Positions 51,209 to 62,530 of a stretch of DNA of 64,000 nucleotides are shown piece by piece (the stretch's first letter is position 1; every line of letters starts with the position of its first letter). The stretch is from Octopus sinensis (lineage: Eukaryota). The DNA is taken from assembly GCF_006345805.1 (NCBI RefSeq), contig NC_043006.1:54498001-54562000 (forward strand), written 5' to 3'. A model generated the notes under the pieces. That model was not told the DNA's origin. It saw nothing but the letters and a program-made list of their open reading frames with translations, and did no database searches. The position numbers were made by a program, and so were the translations under genes.

Positions 51209-51772
51209 AAAGGATAATGAGAGGAAGAAAAATATTAATTGGTTGAAATGGTCCCTTATTTTCATCATTACAATCTAAAATATAATTTCTTCAAATTATA
51301 GTACATTGATTATTCACAGTACTGATATCCATCCTGTAGGTAGTCTAATTTATATTTTGTTGACTGCTAGAAGACTGGTGGAAAAAGTAAGAAAGATCTA
51401 CCTCTCTGAGCTGACAAGTTGATAGGGTGAAAGTTGTATTGTTGTGTGATGATAATCCATAAGTGAAAAATAGATGCTCTTTTGTTTGGTGCCAAGTGAC
51501 AAAAGAAATAGCACTGATTCTGAGTTCTGTATTTATATTTTTTTCTAAGTAAATTAGGTCAGGCTAGACAAAGGATTTTCTGTCTCTTATCTACCTGGAC
51601 TCTATTTAAACTAAGAATGTTAACTTAAACAATAGAACCAAACTAAATGTGACAGTTGACTCTCATAAATTTCTAAGTGCAAAGGCCAAGAACAATAGGA
51701 AAAGAACTGGTAAAAAAAAATGTTGAATTGGTTTCACTTCTTGGCTTAGAATCTAGGAAGTTATTTGTTACA

Positions 51773-51829
<57 letters not shown>

Positions 51830-51834
51830 TCTAT

Positions 51835-51990
51835 GGTGTGGTTGTTGTTAGGAAAGGCATGCAGCTGTAAAAACCATGCCAAAACAGACAGAAGTATGAT
51901 GTAGGCTTCTGCCTGGCCAGCTCCTGTCGAACTGTCCAGCTCATGCTAGCATGGAAGAAGGATGTTAAATGATGATGAGGATGATGATGA
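51835..51990 (+). mobile_element. RTE 3' tail fragment inserted after (CA)n
   Basis: TTAGGAAAGGCATGCAGCTGTAAAAAC...CATGCTAGCATGG...(GAT)n. Confidence 0.7.
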
Positions 51991-51994
51991 TATG

Positions 51995-52037
<43 letters not shown>

Positions 52038-52116
52038 ATAAATATTAGGGAATAAATCCAAATTTACAGGGAAAAAAATCAGATTTAGGATTAAATCCAA
52101 TTTTATAGTAAAATAT

Positions 52117-52454
52117 TATAAAATATTATTAGAGACAAAACCACTACTTTGCAAAACAAACAAGGAAAGACTTAATCAATACATAAAATTTTAATAAATA
52201 GTCAAAAAAACCGCCACTACAATCGTTTCTTGTCTTGATTGACAATCTTCAGGTGGACTTCCAATTACAAGTCAGTTTCAAATAATTATTTGAAACTGAC
52301 TTGTAATTGGAAGTCCACCTGAAGATTGTCAATCAAGACAAGAAACGATTGTAGTGGCGGTTTTTTTGACTATTTATTAAAATTTTATGTATTGATTAAG
52401 TCTTTCCTTGTTTGTTTTGCAAAGTAGTGGTTTTGTCTCTAATAATATTTTATA
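52117..52454. repeat. Perfect spacerless 338-bp palindrome
   Basis: Symmetry axis between 52285 and 52286; no mismatch seen by eye in the 169-bp arms. Confidence 0.95.
52315..52357 (+). ncRNA. Minimal type I hammerhead (mirror copy on the minus strand at 52214-52256)
   Basis: CCAC-CTGAAGA-TTGTC/AATCAA/GACAA-GAAA-C-GATT-GTA-GTGG; GUA site after 52353. Confidence 0.8.
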
Positions 52455-52458
52455 TATA

Positions 52459-52499
<41 letters not shown>

Positions 52500-52500
<1 letters not shown>

Positions 52501-52540
52501 TAGCAGTATTGCCCAGCTTGTGTGCTCGTGCGTTCTATGC
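52500..52540 (-). mobile_element. Helitron 3' terminus (non-autonomous; 5' extent unknown)
   Basis: Minus strand ...CAAGCTGGGCAATACTGCTAG|T. Confidence 0.55.
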
Positions 52541-53444
52541 ATGCGCGAATTAAACTAAACTTGGATGAAGTTCAATCAAAATTCAATTATTTTGGTTTTA
52601 AAATCAAGCATTTAATGCCCTCTATTTTTGCGCTTATGTGTTCCATTTCCTCAATAGGAAGTATGTAGAAGCATTACATAAATTTTTGTTGATCAAATAA
52701 TTGCATTGTTGAATTATTCTTTTAGATCAGTATTTCTCAACGGGGATTTCAGGGGAGAGTTTCAGAGAGTCGCTGGCGATGTATCATGATGATCAAAAAT
52801 CTGGCCTGCTAAAATTTGGTTAAAGTGATTCAAACTGCAGACTCAACGCAAAATGGTCAAATTTAATTCAAAGCGTTAAAAATGTTATGAAAACAATTGG
52901 TATGTGTTCCCAAAGTCCAAATGATTAATATGAAAAAATCCTCCAGGTTACATCCTGAAAATTCATTTCTTTGCTGAATTTCTACAATGATTACGGCGAT
53001 TCGTTTTTATATCTTGATTTTTTATTTTTCATGCAATTTATGCATGCTTGCACGCGTGGTGAACACAGTTCACGTCAAACAGCTGACTGAGTAAAGTTCA
53101 CTATTCAATGCATGGGATAAGGCCTAAACAAATACATTATCGATTTTTGCACTTGTGAGATGAATTTCGCAACAGAAATAGCGCAGTTCAATTTTCATTT
53201 ACCTAAACTTTAAGTGACCCATTTTTGGTGGTTCTACGATTTGTTGTCTAGGAGGAGATGTGCCAGAAAGTTAAACACACAGACACACACACAGATACAC
53301 ACACCGACACACAAGTTGAGTTTTACATATATAGATATACATACACATATGTATACATACAAATATATATGTATATATGTAAATATATATATATATATAC
53401 ATAAACAGCTGGCATTTACCCTCACTACCACCACTATATACATG

Positions 53445-53488
<44 letters not shown>

Positions 53489-53496
53489 TACATACA

Positions 53497-53551
<55 letters not shown>

Positions 53552-53554
<3 letters not shown>

Positions 53555-54498
53555 TCTCCCTCAGAGCGAAAGGTAGATTGTATGATGCATGTGTGCGAAC
53601 TGCCATGCTTCACGGTAATGAAACATGGGCTGTGACTGCAGAGGACATGCGTAGACTTGAAAGAAATGAAGCTAGCATGATCCGCTGGATGTGTAGTGTC
53701 AGTGTGCACGCACGACAGAGTGTAAGAATCCTGAGAGAAATTCTGGATATAAGAAGCATCAGATGTGGTGTGCAAGAGCGACGCTTGCGATGGTATGGTC
53801 ATGTGCTGCGGATGGATGAAGAGAGATGTGTGAAGAAGTGCCACTCCCAAACAGTTGAAGGCATCAGGGGGAGAGGTAGACCCAGGAAGACATGGGATGA
53901 GGTAGTCAAGCATGACCTCAGAGCATTGGGCCTCACTGAGGCAATGGCGAAGGACCGAGATCTCTGGAGATATGCTGTGACTGCAAAGACCCGGGCTGCT
54001 TCCTGCACCAGTTCCACATAGCCCCTGCCCATTCAAAGTACCCCGGATCCCAGATCGTCCTGCTGTGCCTGAGGAGATCTGTTGAGTCAAGTACATGAAC
54101 ATGAACATCGAAATAAATATCAATGGAAATAGAAGTTATGATGCCTGTGCCGGTGGCACATAAAAAGTACTATCTGAACGTGGCTGATGCCAGCGCTGCC
54201 CCGACTGGCCTCTGTGCCGGTAAGACCATCCGAACGTTGCCAGCGCCGCATTGGCTGGCACGTTAAAAGCTCGAACCGATCGTGACCGATGCCGGACCCC
54301 CCCGGCCCCTGTGCAGGTGGCACGTAAAAAGCACCCGCTCCACTTGCGGAGTGGTTGGCGTTAGGAAGGGCATCCAGCCGTAGAAACTCTGCCAGATCAG
54401 ACTGGAGCCTGGAGCAGCCCCTGGCTTCCCAGACCCCGGTCGAACCGTCCAACCCGTGCTAGCGCGGAAAACGGATGTTAAACAATGATGATGATGAT
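53552..54498 (+). mobile_element. RTE-clade LINE 3' fragment
   Basis: [19 protein letters not shown]...RRLRWYGHV...GRGRPRKTW...SCTSST*; 3' UTR and (GAT)n tail. Confidence 0.93.
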
Positions 54499-54519
54499 AT
54501 GTATACATATATACATACA

Positions 54520-54585
<66 letters not shown>

Positions 54586-54806
54586 AGATAAGAAAATGGA
54601 GAAATACATCTAAATCAAATATCAATTACCAGATAATACTCAATCACATACTTTATTAAACCACCACATAAGAGACTGTAGGGTTAAATATAAAAAGCAG
54701 AACAAATCAGTGTACATAAAGGAATGTACATAAAAGAGTAATGTTGTATAATAAGTAGAATATATATAAAAGAGAATATAAATATAAGTAAATATAAATA
54801 TATTTA

Positions 54807-55623
54807 TAAGAAATATTGAATTTCTAAATCTCTCGTAGAGACATGTACGGTGGTGGGATGATAGAATGGTTGTATACTGTCAATCTAACAAGAACGTGAC
54901 AGTAGGGGGTACACCACCGCTGTATAGCCCTAGGAAGCATCGAACGCCTCCTGATGGCTTTGACACATTTTTCCCTATGTATATAAGGACACGGGGAAAA
55001 ATGTGTCAAAGCCATCAGGAGGCGTTCGATGCTTCCTAGGGCTATACAGCGGTGGTGTACCCCCTACTGTCACGTTCTTGTTAGATTGACAGTATACAAC
55101 CATTCTATCACCCCATCACCATACATGTCTCTACGAGAGATTTAGAAATTCAATATTTCTTATTTTGATAATCAGTGAATAGACTTCACTGAGTTATAGA
55201 TATATACAATTACGAAGTCGAGACAAATATCACCAGCTGACCAGTGTCTGCTACTCTAGGCCGATGAAGGACAACGATCCTGAAACACGTGTCCCTAGAT
55301 GCAGCTTCGGCAGCCGGGGGTGTTTATCTCCCCTTCGTATGTGTCCTTATATACATATACGAAGGGGAGACAAACACCCCCGGCTGCCGAAGTTGCATCT
55401 AGGGACACGTGTTTCAGGATCATTGTCCTTCATCGGCCTAGAGTAGCAGACAGCGGTCAGCTGGTGATATTTGTCTCGACTTCGTAATTGTATATATCTA
55501 TAACTCAGTGAAGTCTATTCACTGATTATCAAAATAAGAAATATTGAATTTCTAAATCTCTCGTAGAGACATGTACGGTGGTGGGGCGATAGAAGGACAA
55601 CGATCCTGAAACATGTGTCCCTA
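54807..55623. repeat. Double fold-back array of a ~362-bp hammerhead-containing unit
   Basis: IR1 arms 54807-54975 / 54994-55162; IR2 arms 55103-55340 / 55357-55594; the two spacers are reverse complements of each other. Confidence 0.9.
55256..55298 (+). ncRNA. Minimal type I hammerhead with CCGAUGA core (mirror copy on the minus strand at 55399-55441)
   Basis: CTAGG-CCGATGA-AGGA/CAACGA/TCCT-GAAA-C-ACGT-GTC-CCTAG; GUC site after 55293; position 4 is C instead of U. Confidence 0.78.
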
Positions 55624-55811
55624 ATGCGCTTGGCTTAGATTTCCCTTGGTGGCTGCCCAGGTCGGAGCAATCTCAAGATTAATCAGCCGAAATTGCGAAG
55701 ATGATCTGGTTCTTGACTGATGACTGAGGGCTTCGAATGTCCCGTCCTGTGGTTCTTGTGTCGTCTCCTTGGTGTTTCACGTTCTTGTCCCAGTTTGTAT
55801 TTATTTTTTAC

Positions 55812-55870
<59 letters not shown>

Positions 55871-56031
55871 TTATATATATATATATTGAAAGTCAACAAA
55901 GTTTGCTTTAGAAGCGTTGAGATGTATCAAAAGATACAGATAAGGAAATAATTTTATTCTCAAACACAGGATAATGCTAATAATATAGCATGAGCAGGAT
56001 CAACTATCCATATTTTGCAGAAAAATCTTTC

Positions 56032-56106
56032 GGCAGCCAACCAGGAGACTCAAACTCACATCCCTGTGATTATGCGTCAAGTGCTTTACCATTAAGCTAA
56101 ACTGCC
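56032..56106 (-). pseudogene. tRNA-like sequence (75 nt), left arm
   Basis: GGCAGTTTAGCTTAATGGTAAAGC...GAGTTTGAGTCTC...GGCTGCC: acceptor stem and D-arm recognisable; anticodon loop CGCATAA lacks U33; degenerate T-loop. Confidence 0.6.
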
Positions 56107-56208
56107 CAAATGACAAATTCTTTTGCAAATTAAGGATATATAAATCTAGCTTTATAAGACACTATCATATGTTATATATACTAAATTTGCAGAAGAATTT
56201 GTAATTCA

Positions 56209-56283
56209 GGTAGTTTAGCTTAGTGGTAAAGCATTTGACATGTAATCACAGGGATGTGAGTTTGAGTCTCCTGGTTGGCTGCC
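56209..56283 (+). pseudogene. tRNA-like sequence (75 nt), right arm
   Basis: GGTAGTTTAGCTTAGTGGTAAAGC...GGCTGCC; loop CATGTAA differs from the left arm at CpG-type positions. Confidence 0.6.
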
Positions 56284-56647
56284 GACAGATTTTTCTGCAA
56301 AATATGGATAGTTGATCCTGCTCATGCTAAATTATTAGCATTATCCTGTGTTTGAGAATAAAATTATTTCCTTATCTGTATCTTTCAATATATATGTATG
56401 TATTCATATATATATAATATATGTGTGTATACACACACACAGTGAGAGATAGAGATGCATGCATACATACATACATGATGGCTGCAAACTCGTGTTTGAG
56501 TATTGCCGTCACCTGATCGAAAGTCCCACAATTGCAAAGGCTATGACTAGCCATTTTAATGATAGGTCTTGCCATTTGACAAGTGATGCCTGTTCATGAT
56601 GATTATTTTATTGTGAAGAAAGGACTTGCACTCTCTGAACATGGACA

Positions 56648-57735
56648 ACATCATCATCATCATTATTGTTTAACATCCATTTTCCGTGCCAGCACGGGTT
56701 GAACGATTCAACTGGGGTCTGGGAAGCCAGGAGGCTTCACCAGGCTCCAGTCTGATCTGGCAGTTTTTCTACAGCTGGATGCCCTTCTTAACGCCAACCA
56801 CTCCGTGAGTGTAGTGGGTGCCAGAGGAGGCTGGCAGTGGCCACGATCGGTTGGTGCCTTTTACGTGCCACCATCACAGAAGCCAGTCAAGGCGGCGCTG
56901 GCATCGGTCACGTTCGGATGGTGCTTTTTACATGCCGTCGACACAGGTATCGTAACTACAATTTCCATTGATATTTATTTTGATATTGATGTACTTGACT
57001 CAATAGGTCTCCTCAAGCACAGTAGGTCTCCCTACGATCCAAGGTAAGCACAGCAGGTCGTTCTGCAATCCAAGGAACTTTGGATGGGCTGGGGCTATGC
57101 GAAACTGGTGCAGGAAGCAGCCCGGGTCTTTGCAGTCACAGCATATCTCCAGAGATCTCAGTCTTTCGTCATTGCCTCTGTGAGGCCCAATGTTCAAGGG
57201 TCATGCTTGACTACCTCATCCCATGTTTTCCTGGGTCTACCTCTCCCCCTGATACCTTCAACTGTTTGGGAGTGGCACTTCTTCACACATTTCTCCTCAT
57301 CCATCCGCAGTACATGACCATACCAGCGCGAACGTCTCTCTTGCACACCACATCTGATGCTTCTTATATCCAGAATTTCTCTCAGGGCGCTTACACTCTG
57401 TTGTGTGTGCACACTGACATTACACATCCAGCGGATCATGCTAGCTTCATTTCTTTCAAGTCTACGCATGTCCTCTGCAGTCACAGCCCATGTTTCACTA
57501 CCATGAAGCATGGCGGTTCGCACGCATGCATCATACAATCTACCTTTCACTCTAAATAAGAGACCCATTGTCACCCGTAGGGGTAGGAGCTTTCTAAACT
57601 TTGCCCAGGCTATTCGTATTCTAGTGGTGACAATCTCTGAGCATCTACCTCCACTACTAACTTGGTCACCTAGGTAGCGGAAACTATCAACTACTTCTAG
57701 TTTCTCCCCCTGGAGTGTGATGGAATCTAATCTAC
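56648..57735 (-). mobile_element. RTE-clade LINE 3' fragment, same subfamily as 53552-54498, inverted
   Basis: Minus-strand [39 protein letters not shown]; (CAT)n at the left end. Confidence 0.93.
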
Positions 57736-58954
57736 ATCATCGAATATTATTAGTGTCACTGGTTTCTCAGAGTTTCCCTCACCAAGGGAGATGTTTTGAC
57801 AATAGAAGGGCCTCCCACTACAAGTGGCCCAACCGCATGCCTGGACACCTACGCAGGTATTTCCACGTCCCCGCGCCTACATACATGCATACTTACACTT
57901 GTACATATATTGTTTGATGGCCATTGACTGTTCCTGAGCTCTTCCGTCGTTTGACATACATACATAGTGTGTGTGTTTGTAAATATATTAACGTTTCCTT
58001 TAGTTTATTATTACGTTTATGCCTTGTGGTAAGTGTTCTGATTCAAAGTTTGCGATGGTCAACTTTATTGTTTATCTTCCTGGCGCCGAAAAAAATAAGT
58101 AAATAAAGCACTTGTCAGTTGCTGACATACAACTTTCACTCACTCTCTCTCTTTTCATCTGTGACTCCTTGGATATTCCAATAAGTCAATTGCGAGAGTG
58201 AGTGTGTGTATATATGGTAATGTTTCTGTATTTACTTTCTTCTACGTAGGTACCAAGAAAACATGAATGAAAGGCATAGTGCCTGCTGATGTGTGTAAAT
58301 ACATATATGTATATATACACGTATTAACCACCACCAATGATACGAAGCCATACTCGATTTTCGATTGTTACTGACGGCTGGATACATCGAAATGACGGCA
58401 TGCAAATTAATCGCCCTTTAAAAATTGTTCAGTTGAAAACTGTCAATATTGCACTAGTTTGCAATTCGACGGCGGCATTTCTGAAGTGAACGTCAACTAA
58501 ATTTTTGCTTAATATTAAAATTATTTTCTTTTATTTGAAAATGCATAAGGTTTCTTTTTTGTTTCTGTATTTTTAAAGTGTTTTGTTCATTCCTTCTTAG
58601 TGCATTTACCTTATGACCAACTATCTATTAGTTATCCAGCACACGTGGTGCACGATTTGGTTTTTTATTTCGTATAAAAAAGCAATTTTGTAAGCAATTA
58701 TATTCTTGATATAAATAATAAATACTTCGCTTCTGTTTTTTATTTAATGTGCCACGTTTATGTTCATGTAATTTAAAAGAAAAAATATATATTTAAAAAA
58801 TTCATAGACTACGGAATATATTATATATATATATTGGCCTGCTCGCTTTGCCAGCGGGGTGGCGTCATTCAGAGGCTAAAACAATACGAACGCATTGTGA
58901 CCAGCGATGTGTAACAACATCTGATGGTCTGGTCGGTCACGTGTCACGTGATAT

Positions 58955-58990
<36 letters not shown>

Positions 58991-58999
58991 CGTATATAT

Positions 59000-59200
59000 G
59001 TTTCAGTCATTCGGTGGTCGCCATGCTGGAGCATCACCATCAAATGTTTAGTAGAACAAATCGATTCCAGTACTTTAATTTCTAAATTCAGGTGTACTGA
59101 CTGTTGGTGTCTTATGCCGAACCTCTAATTACAGGGACGTTAACAAACCAGCACCAGTTGTCAAGCGATGGTGGGGATAAGCACAAAGACATGCACACGC
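59000..59200 (-). mobile_element. SINE family A 3' half
   Basis: GTTTCAGTCATT...CCATGCTGGAGCA...TTGTCAAGCGATG colinear with 5776-5960. Confidence 0.7.
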
Positions 59201-59818
59201 ACTTGGCAGAGCGGTACGGTCTGGATAAGGAAAATACGCAGAACCTACTAAGGATAAAAATTATAATTATTAAATATAAACCGTTATTTCCATATTTTTA
59301 TAATAAACATCTTTAAATTTTAATGTATAATACACTGTCTAGCTAATATTTTGATGTTGAACTGGTATAATCATCTTAATATGCGTATTGTTTACGAGTC
59401 AATAGCAAACAACATTAATGCGAGTTGAACTTCGAAACATTTAATATCGTATCGTAGAGGCAGAATAATTTGCCTTTCATTTAGACTTATTACAGTAAGG
59501 AGTGTGTATGTGTGTGTTCCATCGTTTGCATAGGTTCATTGGACTAATGTCTGTGTCACTAAACAAATAATAACGAACATCAACACATAGATTTCATATG
59601 TGTGAGCGTGTGACATGAATGTATTTTCGAAATGATATTAGCGGAATATATGAAACAAACGTCGTTTACAACACCCTGCTCTGTTTTTCATTGTGAGCCT
59701 ACCACTTAATGCTTACAGCACACGACCGGCTCATCCACACATGGGCAGTCCGTCGCCATTAATAAACTATGCGCTTTATGAGGCTATGTTAAAATATTTT
59801 AACTGTAAAAAACATTTA

Positions 59819-59870
<52 letters not shown>

Positions 59871-59919
59871 CATACATATATATATATACATACATATCTC
59901 TCTGTGTGTATACATATTT

Positions 59920-60226
59920 CGTTTCAGTCATTAGATAGCGGCCATGCTGGGACACAAATTTGAAGAAATTTTAGTCGACCGAATGGACCCCAGTACTTTA
60001 TCTATTGGCCTCTTGTACCGAACTGCTAGTTTACGAGGATGCAAATACACCAGCACCACACATACATACATACGACGGGTTTCTTTCAGTTTTCGTCTAC
60101 CGAATCTACTCACAAGACTTCGGTCATCCCAGAACTATAGTAGAAGACACCTGCCCAAGGTGTCATGCAGTGGGACTGAACCTCAGAATTCATGTGATTG
60201 GGGAGCAAACTACTTCCCGCACAGCC
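59920..60226 (-). mobile_element. SINE family A, internally shortened
   Basis: Tail at 59920, GACGGGTTTCTTTCAGTTTTCGTCTACC core, head near 60226. Confidence 0.75.
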
Positions 60227-60494
60227 ATAGCTTTATTAGGATGGTGGGGATGAATAGAAGTCAATGTACAACTGTTTATAATTTTTAAATCAACAGTAAT
60301 TTATAAAAATGTCTTGAGCGCCCTGAGTTTCGTGTGCGGCACTCATCAAACACGCACACACATGCTAACATACGCGTGCGCACGTACACACACACTGTAA
60401 TTACAAGTGTATAAGTTGCATTCCGGTATAAGTCGCACCCCTGTATTTCGATAAGTTACGTTAAAAAAGCGTGACTTTATAGGAGTAAATAGAG

Positions 60495-60520
60495 TGTATG
60501 TATATAATATATATATATAA

Positions 60521-60560
<40 letters not shown>

Positions 60561-60642
60561 ATATATATATTATATATACATACATATTATATATATAATA
60601 TGTATGTATATATAATATGTATATATGTGTGTATATATATAC

Positions 60643-60683
<41 letters not shown>

Positions 60684-60684
60684 G

Positions 60685-60731
<47 letters not shown>

Positions 60732-60732
60732 C

Positions 60733-60770
<38 letters not shown>

Positions 60771-60790
60771 GTATATATATATATATATAC

Positions 60791-60880
<90 letters not shown>

Positions 60881-60991
60881 TATATATACATACATATTAT
60901 ATATATATAATATATATATATATACATATATATATATACATACATATTATATATATAATATGTATGTATATATAATATGTATATATGTGTG

Positions 60992-61024
<33 letters not shown>

Positions 61025-61078
61025 TATATACATATGTATGTATATATAATATATATATATATATAATATATACATATG

Positions 61079-61112
<34 letters not shown>

Positions 61113-61218
61113 CATATGTATATATATATATATATATACATATGTATATATATATATATATATAATATATATAATATATACATATGTATATTATATATAT
61201 ATTATATATATACATATG

Positions 61219-61289
<71 letters not shown>

Positions 61290-61298
61290 TATACATAC

Positions 61299-61370
<72 letters not shown>
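60495..61370. repeat. ~875-bp (TA)n-rich low-complexity tract
   Basis: Interrupted TA dinucleotide run; source of the poly-YI ORFs. Confidence 0.97.
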
Positions 61371-61374
<4 letters not shown>

Positions 61375-62336
61375 CGAAACGCGGAGTAGATGAAACAGGG
61401 ACAACTGAAGAAGGGGGAATATTCTTTATGTTGTATGTCTCGTTTTTCTGTGTTTTTTTCGTTGTTTGAAAAAAAGTTCGTTTCTATGATTTTGCTTTTA
61501 TATTTTTGTTTCTCATTGTGCTCAACATTTTTTTTATGTCCTGTACCCATATATGCATGTATACAGGCATGTACATATATGTTTGTATATATGCACATAT
61601 TTTTTTATTATATATATATATATATATATATATAGGAATAAATGTGTGTGTGCGTATATGAGACTACATGCAAGTATACTGAAATGCGAATTCGCGTCTT
61701 CGTTTATAGAATAAAGTTTGTATTTGTTTACATCTGCACGTTGTTACAACCCACCCAACTTCATTTGCATCATCTGTTGCATGACATACTGTCTCAGTGA
61801 CGAATCTGTTAAAAAAATTTATAAATGGCTATATAGAGAATATCTACACACCACACGGTGCAAATACTCAAGTATCATAACGTAAGTATGAATCTCATGA
61901 TAAAGGAAGAACTGTGTCTTTAAGCCACATTTGGTTCACCAACTCGGTTAAATACTTTCGAAAATACCTGCATGCCAAATATCTTAATCTATCTCTTAAT
62001 CGGCCTAGTCTCATGAATATCACCAGTCAGTAAATTATATATTGTAATTGTTCGTAAGAAAATTATTTATCATGATATATTTAGTTCTGTTCTAATTTCT
62101 TTTTAGATTAAAACCTCTAGAGACTGACAGGAAGGTAGGAGAGACAGAAAGAGTGTGTAAATGTGACGACAGAATTATCGCCATTTCGATCAACTTAGAT
62201 CTTATTAGATTTTAGTGCACTTGGACCCGTGTAGTCTGATCAACTTGTATACGTCTGTGCTAATACTACACTTACACAGGATGCCATGTAATCTATTGAA
62301 TATGTATACAATTTAGATGATTCACACGCTTACTGA

Positions 62337-62471
62337 AAACGGTGAGCTGACAGAATCGTTATTGCGTAGGACCAAATGTTTAACGTTATTTCTACCGGGT
62401 CTTTACGTTCTGAGTTCAAATTCCGCCGAGGTCGACTTTGCTTTTTATCCTTCCGGTGTCGATAAATTTAC

Positions 62472-62530
<59 letters not shown>
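62337..62530 (+). mobile_element. SINE family B with long (ATT)n tail
   Basis: GGTGAGCTGACAGAATCGTT head, TTACGTTCTGAGTTCAAATTCCGCCGAGGTCGACTTTGC core, about 20 ATT units. Confidence 0.85.

Larger units (their letters stand above)
55930..56385. repeat. Fold-back element with ~200-bp arms, each containing a tRNA-like sequence
   Basis: Arms 55930-56132 and 56182-56385 are reverse complements around a ~50-bp spacer. Confidence 0.9.

Noticed and set aside
55695-55745. CTGATGA at 55708 as another hammerhead
   Set aside because: No stem II and no GAAA (GAAT follows); stem I partner not found
56032-56283. Functional tRNA genes
   Set aside because: No U33, bulged anticodon stem, degenerate T-loop, and the two arms give different anticodons; treated as tRNA-like repeats
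58446-58470. TATTGCACTAG resembling the miR-92 family 5' end
   Set aside because: Match ends after about 11 nt and no precursor hairpin was seen
60346-61393. Many ORFs rich in YI/IY repeats (also near 13270-13660, 51000-51270, 53214-53600)
   Set aside because: Translations of (TA)n/(CA)n microsatellites; no coding signal
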